DNA of 64,000 nt, taken from NCBI GenBank assembly GCA_037379345.1, contig CM074519.1, positions 36,792,103 through 36,856,102 of the forward strand. The letters run 5' to 3'. Shown here in pieces: positions 25,003 through 36,999 of the stretch. Every line of letters begins with the position of its first letter. The stretch's first letter is position 1. Under the pieces are notes generated by a model, which saw only the letters and a list, made by a program, of their open reading frames with translations, made no database searches and was not told the origin of the DNA. The position numbers and the translations under genes are program-made. Source of the DNA: Perna viridis (Eukaryota).

Positions 25003-26175
25003 TCACACTGGTGTTTCCTTTGAAATGCATAACATGTTCTTAAAAGCGTTACTACTTATCGTTTTTATTGTCGATTTTTCATTGCTGTTTCCCTTGCCGA
25101 AACTACATTCATCTCCCGTAATAGATTCAGGCCGTACCTTTTTCCGGATAAGCCCTTCGGGAATTGGATATTTACTTATGATTTTCTTGTCTATTTGGAA
25201 TTTTTTCTCGGCTAGCCAGGAGGGAGAACGCTGAAATGATGTATTATATACGTAGTTTCTTAAAGGACCATTACCTCCCAGTATTATCAAAGGGTTCAGC
25301 ATACGTAACATAACACATAGAACCCAGATAGATCTATTAATGTGAACTGGTGTTCTGATGTACTGGAATAGTACACGTAACATTAAATCTACAAAGACGC
25401 TTGTTGTCAATAACACAACACTAAGAACGGCCTTGACGAACCTGCCAATAAAGTCACCATCCATTAAATCAAGGGTAAATCCAGGATGTTGTGGAACGTG
25501 ACAGCGATTGTAACATAGATTGACTAAGATACTTGCATGACTAAGTACTATGATTATGATAAAAAGCACTGGGATGACCCAGAATATATGTCTAATAGCT
25601 ATACTTCCGGTGTGAAAGCAGTAGAACATTGACAATGTGTTTGATATATAATGTACATGATATTCTACGTGAATTCCAATACAGTATAATCCAGTTGGTA
25701 TGGTACATAAGCAAATGTAGAAAATAGTCTTTTTTACGCTGAAAAAACTCAAATGTTTAAATGGAAATTTCGTATATAGAACTTTTTCTAGAGTCATCAC
25801 GGTTAGGCAGAGGAAGTTAAATATTCCGAAAAAAGCATTCAGAAAAGCTTCCATTTCACCCAGAGTCATATATATCCACAATTTTTCCTTGATTAACACA
25901 ACACAAGCAAAGAAAGCATGATGGCATATATGAATCAGATCACTTACAAGGAATGCAAATATAGCAACGTTCGCCGAAGTTTGGAGTTGATCTTTAGAAA
26001 GGATCTCATAAAATATCCTGAAGTCGATCGTTAGCCTGAAGCTTACTTTTATACTATATAACACAAGTTGTAGAATTTTAAACAATAGAAATCTATCAAA
26101 TTCTTCACCCTCAATCAAAAAATAATTCTCACCATCTTTAAGTGTAAGGTCCGTTATATTTGTACAAGGAATCAT
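25003..26175 (-). CDS. Intronless orphan class-A (rhodopsin-like) GPCR, 390 aa
   Basis: Multiple hydrophobic segments; motifs AFLVSDL (TM2), MTLEKVLYTKFPFKH (DRY position) and LNPLII (NPxxY position). Confidence 0.82.
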   Translation of the reverse strand: MIPCTNITDLTLKDGENYFLIEGEEFDRFLLFKILQLVLYSIKVSFRLTIDFRIFYEILSKDQLQTSANVAIFAFLVSDLIHICHHAFFACVVLIKEKLWIYMTLGEMEAFLNAFFGIFNFLCLTVMTLEKVLYTKFPFKHLSFFSVKKTIFYICLCTIPTGLYCIGIHVEYHVHYISNTLSMFYCFHTGSIAIRHIFWVIPVLFIIIIVLSHASILVNLCYNRCHVPQHPGFTLDLMDGDFIGRFVKAVLSVVLLTTSVFVDLMLRVLFQYIRTPVHINRSIWVLCVMLRMLNPLIILGGNGPLRNYVYNTSFQRSPSWLAEKKFQIDKKIISKYPIPEGLIRKKVRPESITGDECSFGKGNSNEKSTIKTISSNAFKNMLCISKETPV

Positions 26176-26663
26176 CGTTTCACAGTGTTACACAACAGCT
26201 TCTAATATCACCAGACTTTGAAAGTAATTACCAGCTCATGTAAAAGTTCCACAGATCCTTATGACCAATACACAATAAATTAACTAACTACCCCATCAGA
26301 GGTATGTGTTTACCTGAGAAATGAAATAGAACAGACAGCTGTTTGGAGTGCATTGCAATCACTGCTATTTCAGGTAACAATGAAACACATAACTACTGAT
26401 TAATCATCTTCACAATGATTCCCTGCCTGAAGTATGTGAAGTTCTTATACGTTCACCTTATTTTCTTATTCGTCATTATTGCGACCACAAATGAGTAATT
26501 GGATTACTTGGCAGAGAAATAAAGTATATTCTTCAAATAATATTTGTACAATGTTAACATAAATATTCGATCGGGAATCCAGAATATTTTTTTTAAATAT
26601 AGACTTAACAGACAAATGTAATTGATGTATTTTGAGTACAGTAGTATATGACTATATATTTAG

Positions 26664-27053
26664 TTTGTTTGGTTGGTTGTTGGGGTTTAACGTCCAAGCT
26701 TAATTGGGTCGATAAATTTTGATTGCCACTAGAAAAGGGGGGATGGGTGAGCCTCCTATGGCGGAGCGCAAAGGTTCCTACTCCTATCGAATTCCACAGC
26801 AGGGTTCTTTATCGTGCGAGGAACGTGACATCTTTCCCAACACGGTGCACCATTATGGTTTGCGGTCAGGGTTTTCGTATTATAGCCTGACAATCCCAGC
26901 ATGTAACATACCAGGGTACCCCATTCCACCACCTGGGGCACACATCTCAGTTGCTCTGTGGGCAGAGCGCCTAGCCCCTGGCTAGGTTTCTGAGCCCTAT
27001 TTAGCTTAGCGCTGCTGCATGCCTATTCTTTTAACACCCGGACCTGCACGGGC
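26664..27053 (-). mobile_element. SINE-like retroposon, copy 1 (internally deleted)
   Basis: Homologous to 39730-40247 and 43798-44306. (CAAA/CCAA)n tail after GGACGTTAAACCCC. 14-bp TSD gactatatatttag (26650-26663 / 27054-27067). Confidence 0.9.
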
Positions 27054-29609
27054 GACTATATATTTAGAGACGATCAATGCGAATTCTACCATATCATTGC
27101 TCATTTTTGCCTGAATTTTGTTCAATTTCTACAAAGATATAACGGAATAAAAGATGGTGGAGTTCAAACTTTAACAAGATGAACAACTTCAAAGAAAAAA
27201 ATGGTATAGTCCAAAAATAATTGCTTTCAGAAGCTGGTTTTAATCTGCAGCTAAGGGCATTTGGTGAAATTACAGTTTTTGTCAGTTGTCTCTACCTCTT
27301 GTAAGACTCCTGTGTATTGCTATGAGAGAACAATATATGTAAAGTGTAAAAGAAACCATGATTTCCCATTCTTATGCATATTCAATGAATAAATGTGCCA
27401 CTTTGACTTATTAATAAACTCCTACTGAGTTTTCGAAAAAACAGTTAATTGTTTTGGAGCACATCATACACTAAAGAGCCTAAAAGCAAAAAAAACCTGA
27501 CCTGATATGAAAAAGAAACATAAGTTCTATGCATAGGTACCACATAAGCATCAAAACATGCATTTCAAAATATCTGTTGACTATTTTTTAGAAGGGGCAA
27601 AAACTTGCACTTAGTTTAACAACCCTAATTTTGGCTTGGTTTGTATGACCTCATTTAATATTTTACTCTACTCTACTGAAGGACTTACATATTTCTGTCT
27701 TTAAACAGATGAAAATATGACTAGCTGGTGGTTTCTTCTTCAGGAACATGCTATATCAAGGAAATGAACAAAGTGAGAACAATCAATCAAATAAATTAAT
27801 TAGAGGACACTTCTATACCCTATCTACAAAAAGTTAAGTTGAGACATACACCAAAATTTGCCATAAATCATCTATTTTTCAACAAATTTATGTAAAATTT
27901 TGCAGTTACCCTCAAAATTGAATTAGTTTTCCACAATTGAAGCACTTTTTGAGCTTCAAACATATAAGTCAATCTATTTTTGAAAAACACGCTACAACTG
28001 ATAATATGTAATTATATTTATTAGAGGAATATGCTAAGTATAAGGGCTTATTTGTTATTACATTGAGTTTGTGGCAATGTCCCATGCACAACTTAATGAA
28101 AGACCTTCAGGTCCCATGGAAATTGTTCTTTAGGAAAAGTACGTATCCTATGCCAATTTACACCGGTCTTCTTATGCCTTGATTAATTTTGACTAGTCCT
28201 TTATGCAATTGCAATTTTGAATTAAAGATACATAGAAGTCCCGTTAAAAACATTTATTCTACATGTGAATATTTCCAACTTTTCCTTCTGACTGTTTTCT
28301 CTCTGTTACATATACCTGAGTCTCTCTGCAGTAAGGTGTGGTTTCTCTGTATAAAGCTGTTTCAGTGCAATGAACGACCTGTTTGGCATCACCCACTTAC
28401 AATGTATGACTGATTTTTTTTTATTATAATCAGTGTCCAATTCGTTACTATCAAAGTCATTTTTGCCGATCGGTTGGCACTAGAGCTCGTACTAAGCCTC
28501 AGTGACGATATATTAAGCGAACAAACCCATCCGGAACTTTCACTAAGCCAAGAGATATATGTATATTTCGGCCCGATCTGCTCATTGACTTTGAACGTCT
28601 GTTTGATGGTGGTATTGCCGTAAGTGGTCTAGGTCGGGCTATTTTACTTTTTTGTTGATTTGCTATCACTGTATTACGAGCTATCACCCCTTTTCTTGTC
28701 TCTTTTCCACCATAATACATGATTGTATTATCTGGTAATATTTGTCATGGAATGAACACAGATGGCCATCCGATTAAATAATATATTTTCAGTTAAATAT
28801 AATTTGAAATACATGTATATTAGGTTTTGCACTGCAAAATATACAAGATTTTTTTATTTGGCATTTCTGATTTTTTTTGTCACAGCTCATTAAACAGAGG
28901 TATGGTACATGTATTAGGTAAAAATGTAGCACATTTTCACATTTTGTCTACATAAGCAATGGAAATTGCCAACAAAATCATTTATCAATTATGTTTCAAA
29001 AGTTTTTTTTAAACTTAAAGAGTAATACTTAAAACTTCTATATCTTATAAACATATTCATAAGGAGCCTAGCTAACTTATACAATGGGTTTGCATTGAAA
29101 ATAATTGGAGTTTCGTTTTTTGCTGAACTTATTCCCATTTTGCCGTTTTATTGCAAGTATTAGCGAATGCAAATATTGTCAAACGTGATTTAATTTAAAA
29201 AATTTTCCAGATTAATTTGAATGGAAAAATGTGTCATCATTTTCAATTTGTAAATGCTCTAAAAACAGATTATATTCATTGGAAGTAAGAGATCTAAATA
29301 GTGAAATGGTCATTTTAACTGAAACAATTTTATCAGCAGCAAAAATGTCACTTAAGAAGAAGAAAAAGGATAATTTTAGACATCTAGATGAAAAAGTTGC
29401 ATTCACTTTCTTTGAAAAAAAAATGCGCATACATGTATCTTTAGAAGTACAAAAATACCAGTTTTATATACATGGGTCTATTGTAAATTTCGATATGCCG
29501 TACACGTGTTTCAAGGACTAACCTCTCAGCAGTATTAAAATCAAATATGTAGGAAGATCATAATCAAAATATTAGTTGTATACAAGAAGTACTCATAACT
29601 AAATCTATC

Positions 29610-30560
29610 GAAAGAGGAAATATCATTATGATCCATATATTAGGGGGAATTTTTATCACTGTATGTATAGCAAAATGTGTAATTTAGAATACCGGAAATT
29701 CATAAAATGTTTGATAGAACGGCTAAATGGTTTTTGCGGAAAAGACCCGGGTTCATACTGGAGGCTTTTGAATGAACTGAAAAAAAAATCATCAGAATTT
29801 TGCTATAGAATTCAATGCATGAGCAAGGCCTTTTGAATTTTTAAACAAGGTTCCTGAAAAATTTAATGAACAAAATACAGAACATTCTGTTAAATATCAA
29901 CAGCAGTACCTTTTCAACTACTAACCTTGATTACTTACTAGTAATTACTAAGTCAGAAATATTGAAAGCATAAAAAAGCCACTGGGTTATATTACTTTTA
30001 AATGAAATGTTGAAGTTTTGTGATTCTTCTATTTTGCACTGCCTATATTAATTGTTTGATAAGGTACTCACGAATGGTTCACATCCTTCAATGTGGAAGG
30101 AATATTGATATATATCACCTGTATATAAGAAGAGTGGAAATAGTTCTGTTACCAATAACTATGTAGCCTAAGATATAACAATTTTGAATAGTGCAGCAAA
30201 ACTTATTAATACTGCATTGAATAATTATATAATCAGTCATACACAACTCTGTTTAAAAAAAAAACAAGTCTAGACCATCTAGTTATATGTTTATACTGAG
30301 AACAAATTTTAAAAAAATATACAAAGGGGATGAAATAAAAAAAAATCATGCTTTGTTGATCTTCGAAAAGTGTTACATGAAACACTCTTTTTGAAATTAT
30401 CAAAAAATGGTATTAGTGGACATTCTTATCGAATGGTAAAGAGTTACTTATAACAAGATCATTCATCTCTGCCATGGGTGTACGACAGGGTGCTACATTA
30501 AGACAGATTTGTTGATTAATTTAATTAATGATCTTCCTAAGTATTTCGATAATAAATATA
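29610..30560 (+). pseudogene. Heavily decayed LINE RT fragment
   Basis: Remnants LNEMLKF, SPVYKK.GN...NNY, CFVDLRKV, GVRQGATL and INDLPKYFD across frameshifts. Confidence 0.75.
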
Positions 30561-31650
30561 CATGTAAAAGCACTAGTTTATGATACTGAGTATCAACTTG
30601 AAAATGCAAAACTAGAACTTGAGCGACAATGTCTTAACCAAGAACATGAATTACGGATAAAACAACTTGAATTTGAAATAGCAAAAGTAAAACCACAATG
30701 CCATTCAAGATCAAATTACAAACATACAGTCACAAATCAAAGGAAGACATTCTGTCTTACTTATCTGGTACTGAAACAGTATCCTCACAAGCGACTACGA
30801 CAGAAACAATGAAAATCCTACTGTTAAGAACACTGTTTACTGGTGAAGCAAGAAATATCGTACAGCAGTAAAAAAAGGACCAATCGAAACGAATATTGGG
30901 CAAAAATAGATTAATGCTTCTAGGTTCGTACATTCTAGAAAAGCAATTTTGATTGCTTCAAAGAAGTATTCTTTCTTCGAGCATTACCCGTTAAACAGAA
31001 AAAAAGCAAGGTAACAGGAAACCAGCCATTTTGTCGCGGCAGAAAATGATATTCCTCCAAAGCAAGGAAGTGATCCGATAAGCCCCACACATACTTTTCC
31101 AAAACCGAAAGAATATGGTAAACAACGGAAAAGTACTGTCCGTTGTCATGCCTGTACAAAATGTAGTAAACTAGGCCACAAGGTTTGCAACTGTACAAAC
31201 AAGCAGCTGAAAGAGAACTTTAGTGGCTTCGTACATGTATCTAGTCAGACCGATGATGGGTACAAGATTAATATCAGTACCGGCCACCATTGCTGGGAAG
31301 GAATTGCTGTTTGTAAAAGATATCGGGGCAGACGTTACTCTAATAAAAGAAGATTTAGTTGACGGAAGTTATATTATAGAGGGTAGAAACTTTGTAAACA
31401 GCGATTGGTCAATCTTTTACAGCTTAGATGGCAGTGGGGAATATGAAGACTCCATCTGACAAGGACCACAAGAGAATTGCATAATCACAAACCTTGCCAG
31501 AAAATGTTTAATTGGAACGGACATATAAAGTCATAGTAACGTGCATGTTGTGACAAGGTCACATCAAATGACGGTTAGAGAAGAGGAAAATAGGGTCGAA
31601 AACTTGGAAATGGTGGCCTTGATGTTGACTATAGTGATTGTAAAGATGAA

Positions 31651-32263
31651 TTAGAGGCTGTAAAGGGCCTGAATCGCTCACTTGTTCGATATGCAACATT
31701 CTATTTTTCCAAAAGCGACTATGTTTTTTTCATGGATAAAAACTACTAATGCTCATGGCTAAGGAACAATCATACCAAGTTTTCTTTATTCTGTCCAATA
31801 GTTTCTAAGAAGAACGTTTATTTTAAGCAATAACATTAAAAATAGCAAAAGGATGTTGGAGAAGGGCAACAACTCCATGGCTAAACCGATTTACATGGAA
31901 ATTTGACCACAAAAAGATCTTATCATCCTGAACATTTCATCATATCAGAAATAAGGCTGACCTATAAGTTTTGGTGCAGAATTTAGGTTGACCTAACAGT
32001 TTTTGAGCAGATTAATCTAACAGTTTTGGAGATGTCTGCCTGGCCGCATGTTTAATTTATAGTAACAGCAGCCATATTTTTCGACGTATCAACAACCCCC
32101 ACAATAGTTTTATGCAGAAATCCCATAGAAATATTTGTATCATGTTTGGTTCCAATTGGTCAAGTAGCGTCAGAGGAGAAGAGTTTTTAACAATGTGTTA
32201 AAGACAACGGACGCCAAGTGATGGCAATAGCTCACATGTCCCTTTGAGGTAGAGAAGCTAAAA
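31651..32263 (+). mobile_element. Non-autonomous Helentron/DINE-like interspersed element inserted in the gypsy
   Basis: Interrupts gypsy pol. 5' gaggc...gggcctgaatcgctcac; 3' ggacgccaagtgatggcaatagctcacatg...agctaaaa stem-loop end; AT-rich flanks. Confidence 0.6.
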
Positions 32264-33083
32264 AGAGGTTGACACACCATTTCACACTGAACATTTAGTT
32301 AGGTTGCAACAAGCTGACGAGTCACTGGAAAATGCTAGGACTAAAGCTTTAGCTTGTGCTGAAGTCGCAGAAACCATAAAGAGGACTTCTGCTGGGACAA
32401 CGACATTTTGCGAAGAAAGTGGAGTAATCATGTTGGAACAAAGTCTGGTTGTCATGTGGTATTGCCAGTTGAATTTCGGGAAATGGCAATGAGAAGTTAT
32501 GGCATGCACACCCCTAGCAGGTCACAAAGGGGTCTGTAAAATCAAGATAAGAATCATTGCATCATTTTAATTTCTGGCCAGGAATGTTTGAAGACCGACA
32601 AAGTTACTGCTTAACATGTGACACTTGTCTGCGAACTGTCAAAAGAAAAGGTAACGAACGGCAAACAATGGTAAATCCACCTGTTGTAAAAGAACAAATT
32701 AGCAATATTTAGTTAAAACTTAATGTTAAAGATCAAGTACTGATCTTTTTCCCGTCTGTCACTTCAAAGATGAAGGCGCAATGGAACGATCCATTTTGTG
32801 TCATAAGAAAGATTAATTAGGGTAGGTATAAGACATTTATATGGTTACATACCATATAAATCGGTTGAGATTTTATCACAGATCTGTGCTTTTCGTAAGT
32901 GAACCAAATGAAACAAATATATATAAACGTAGATTATACAAGCAATAAAACTATGCAATGAATTTACAGACGTACTAATAGGAGTCTTTCAATACAACAT
33001 TGATCGATTACACAATCCAAACAAATACTGATAGTCCGTTTATGTGCAAACCGTAGAGAATACCGTACAATTTGCGTGATGAA

Positions 33084-33089
33084 TAAATA

Positions 33090-33120
<31 letters not shown>

Positions 33121-33310
33121 GCTTTATTTAGAGTCGGCACATTACAAAATCAAAGACAACATAAGCTCGAATGAGCTTTTAACCGACATAAACAAATTAC
33201 ATGCAGTTGAAACAGTAAATAACTTACAAAGACATAAGCTCATGAAGACAGATAAACCATAAAGTATATGCAGCACGACACACACACATAATAACGTCCA
33301 AGTTATAGCA
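33084..33310 (-). mobile_element. 3' tail fragment of a non-LTR element with (TTTA)n tail, inserted in the gypsy
   Basis: (aaat)n run followed by unrelated sequence that separates PYNLRDE from KEAIDKMLKEGII of the gypsy RT. Confidence 0.6.
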
Positions 33311-33782
33311 GAAAAAATCAAAGAAGCTATAGATAAAATGTTGAAAGAAGGAATTATAAGTCCTTCTACAGGTCCCTACACTACGATGCACCTCTTGTTC
33401 ATGTGAGAAAACGTGATGGAAGTTTGAGAATATGTATCGATTACAGATCAATGAGTTTACAATATTTGACAGTCATCCAACTCCTCGCATCGATGAAATT
33501 TTCGAAAAAGTTGGACATTCTAAATTCCTAAGTAGTATCGATCTTACCGAAGGCTTCTTTGAAGTTCCACTCCCAATGAAAGCAAAGAAAATCGGCATCT
33601 GTCACTCCGTTTGGAACTTTTCAAATGCATGTGATGCCGTTTGGATTAAAGATATCGATTTATTTATAATAACATTTGGAATTAACATTTGGAAAACATT
33701 CAGTGTGCACTTGAGCGATTGAGATCATTGGACATTACTGCACTACTAAGGGCGGGGGAGGGGGGGTCCTTGACTCCCATGA

Positions 33783-33940
33783 TGACGTCACAAAGTACAG
33801 TATATCACAAAATGATGACGTCACAAAATACATTACATCACAAAATGATGACGCTATTTCATACATTGCGTCATAAATATATGACGTCATTTATTAGTCA
33901 CAAAATACGAATGATAACGTCATTATCATATCACGTCAAT
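33783..33940. promoter_or_regulatory. Cluster of CRE/ATF palindromes (TGACGTCA) at the Maverick terminus (mirrored at ~54380-54535)
   Basis: Perfect TGACGTCA at 33783, 33816 and 33882, plus variants (TGACGC, TGCGTCA, AACGTCA, CACGTCA). Confidence 0.6.
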
Positions 33941-36315
33941 TCGTAATTGTGAATGTCCTCCCATTTTAATATTTATATTACGTACGAACAATATTGAATA
34001 GGATTAAAATCATATTTTTCAGCTGTTGCATTTCCCTCGAAGCATGAACAAAATGATAAAAAATGCTGAAATCGCAAAATTTAAAGTTAACACCCATTTT
34101 GACGCTATTTTACATCGCCAGTAGCTGTTTGTCGATATCAAGGTCTAAATATTGAAATAGTCAATTCACTAAAAATGGAAAATAGGGCCAAATGAAAAGA
34201 AATGTGAACATTTTGTATTTATTAATATTATTTGTTTTAGTTTTTGGCTAAATCGTCCAGCCTATTTTTCTAATGTGTCAACAAAGTATCTTTCTTCTTC
34301 GCCTTTTTTGATTCCTCTATTTTTGAATCTAGCCTTTCAATTCTTCTCTTTGCCAGCGTAATTATTACTCTTGTACAATCCAATTCTCTGAAAAAAGGTA
34401 ATTATTTATGGAAGGACAAAGAAAACAATTTTTTTTCAGTTAATGCCGAGTATTAAAAATTATATTTTGTATACATACTGTATATGTAGAACATTTGGTA
34501 TGAATTCTCATAAAATCTTTGAAAAATGTCGATCATGCAGCACTGACCAAGATCCATCCTCCCCAACTGATAGACAGATATACACCTTGTAAACCCGCTT
34601 CAAAAAAAACAAAACAACATTGCATTTGAAAAAAAAATAATTGGAGCGATTTTATAACTTTCCTTGATCCTTGTGCATGTTTTCTTTCTAAATAGATGTA
34701 CTTTTTATTCAAGAAAAATAAAGATATCATATATTTTGACTTTCAATTGAAAATAATCGGCATCCAGCATAGAAAGTTTTCGAGAGAGGATCTCGATAAG
34801 TTATGTCCAATCCCGTTATTGACATTGTAGCAAATAAATATGTTTAAACTAAGAAATGAAAGAAATGTGTTTGACTGCAGAGAAACAAGTACTTATCAAT
34901 ATAATTTTTCGGTTCATTTAACATTTCTGGCCTTATCATATAATTCCATCTGATTTTCACAACCTTATCAGATATTAAGAAGCATGAAAAAAGTGACATT
35001 TTCCAGCGGCTTATCCCTATCATGAAGCATATGGGAAGTGACCTTCCCCCTTTAGAAAAGAACATATGAAAAAACTTACTGAATTACATTCCTATCCGTT
35101 CTATTCTCATGGTCATCTTCAAGTTCACTTTTTAAGATAACTTTCCTCTCATGGTTGCTATAAAAGATAAATCACTAAAAATTCCCAATTCTTAGAAATA
35201 ATTTGGTTTAGGTGCACTTCTTTTTTAGTAATTTAGGCGTATGTGCACAGGCTCTGTAAATAATTTGGTTTAGGTGCAGCTCTGTAAATAATTTGGTTTA
35301 GGTGCACTTCTTTTTTAGTAATTTAGGCGTATGTGCACAGGCTCTGTATCCGCCCTGCAACTTCTTCATATAATTTAGAAAAAAAAATAACACAATTTCA
35401 TTTGTCACAATATTAACAACTGACGGTGTATAATATATTGGGAAAAACGTAAAATAGGTACATACGTCAAGTTCATAAGTTTTTTTTCAACAATATTTTT
35501 TATATAGGTCTATTAAATCAAGTCTTTTTTTCCTAAATTAGAAAAATGATAGCCCTTCAAATTTGTCTACGTTTTTAAAATTTTACTAACAGTCGTGACT
35601 GAAAAATAAAAAAAAGATATAAGATTACATACTTTTTCCTATCATACCTCTGGTAAAATCAGGGACAGTATAATATGGTCCCTGGGTAAAATATATAATT
35701 AGTGAAACAGCTGGACTATATATGGATACCAAATTTTTGTAATTTAAAAAAAAACGAAAATAGATGTGACATGATGCTCATGAATGATATATGGCTAGAT
35801 CTTTATGAGTATTGAGATCAAATAAAAATTCTAAATTATTAAACGAAAATATACGCGAGGCACGTAACTTTGACATGAAATTGCCGGGGGAAATAGCATC
35901 ATAAAACAAATCAGCATATAGTTCAAGGTTTTAAAATGACATGTAGGGCAATGCCAATTTATTTGAAAATAGTTTATTGTTTATTCTTATTAAATTATGC
36001 TTTTATGAATTTCCATGAATTTATATATAGATTTAAGGTCCTTTACTTTACACCTCACCCCCTTTTTTGTATGAATCTTCTTGAGAAAGCCGTATGGTAT
36101 TCGGAATCCATTAATACCATATATGCATTTTTTTCTATTTCAATAAATTGTGTTTTTCTATTATCAGTAAATGCGCATAAGTGATGTGATGTTTTAGCGA
36201 TCTCCCCCTCCCAAATGTATAATAATTAAAATCATTAATATATTTTCTGTGTTTTGATGGAATTGAATGTATCCGTACGGTTCTTCGTCATGAAAAAAAA
36301 CCGAGAAAAATCACC

Positions 36316-36603
36316 ATGTTGGTTGACACGTGTTTGAAGATTATTATTTGTTATCTTGTGTTTGTAAAAGAGAGAATACATGCGTGTCCATATCAGCAAA
36401 CAATAGCCGAATGTATTTGCGAATTTGCAATTCCAATAACCTTGATAAGACCAGTAATCGACGTAAAAATTAATGGAGGATGTGACTGCCAAATCAATCT
36501 TGCTACGGAACAGAACCCGGTTATTGTTAGTTTAGATGACGATTCGTGCCAGTGTATGTGTAGAAATATTATTATGTGTGGTAAGTTTGAACTAAAGAAT
36601 TAA
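36316..36603 (+). CDS. Putative small secreted Cys-rich protein encoded in the TIR (frameshifted mirror copy at ~52120-52412, minus)
   Basis: Good ATG context (tcaccATG), hydrophobic N-terminus, then CPYQQTIAECIC...CDC...CQCMC...C. Confidence 0.5.
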   Translation: MLVDTCLKIIICYLVFVKERIHACPYQQTIAECICEFAIPITLIRPVIDVKINGGCDCQINLATEQNPVIVSLDDDSCQCMCRNIIMCGKFELKN

Positions 36604-36999
36604 ACAGCTTTCGGCAATATTTCATCTATAATAGGCGTTAGTTTTAATGGTAAAAAACAAAAAATGAATAGTGCATATACAATTCTGAATAACAAACACA
36701 TTGGTATGTCTTAACAAATCGTTCAAACCCCAAGACGGCGCCTATAATGAATATATTTGGTTAATAAAATCCATCTTATTTATATACTTTTTCGTAGCCT
36801 AAAACCATTCATGAACCAAGCTCGTGGGGGAATTTACAGTAATAGCTTGGTAATGAATCTTGATCAAATACATGGGAGTTAACAAAAAAAATCTAGAAAA
36901 CGGGTGATGGATGTTTCATTAAAAATATAATTTTTTTTGCATTGTCAAACAGACAGGAAGGAGTTGATCACACTAATTTAACTGATATAATCAGTACGA

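Larger units (their letters stand above)
33742..36658 (+). repeat. Left terminal inverted repeat of the Maverick (~2.9 kb)
   Basis: Reverse complement of 52066-54562 up to ...ttttaatggtaaaaaac. The left copy has ~350 bp (~34640-34990) missing on the right, and a local duplication near 35200-35340. Confidence 0.95.

Noticed and set aside
26719-26985. ORFs inside the SINE copies (also 39771-40172 and 43849-44175)
   Set aside because: Frames differ between copies; chance ORFs in GC-richer repeat sequence.
27200-29530. Possible DNA transposon remnant including ORF 28499-28720
   Set aside because: No matching TIR pair, TSD or catalytic motif could be established from the sequence.
33689-33946. 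ORF with repeated KMMTS motifs
   Set aside because: A translation artefact of the TGACGTCA repeat cluster read through from the gypsy RT frame across the insertion junction.
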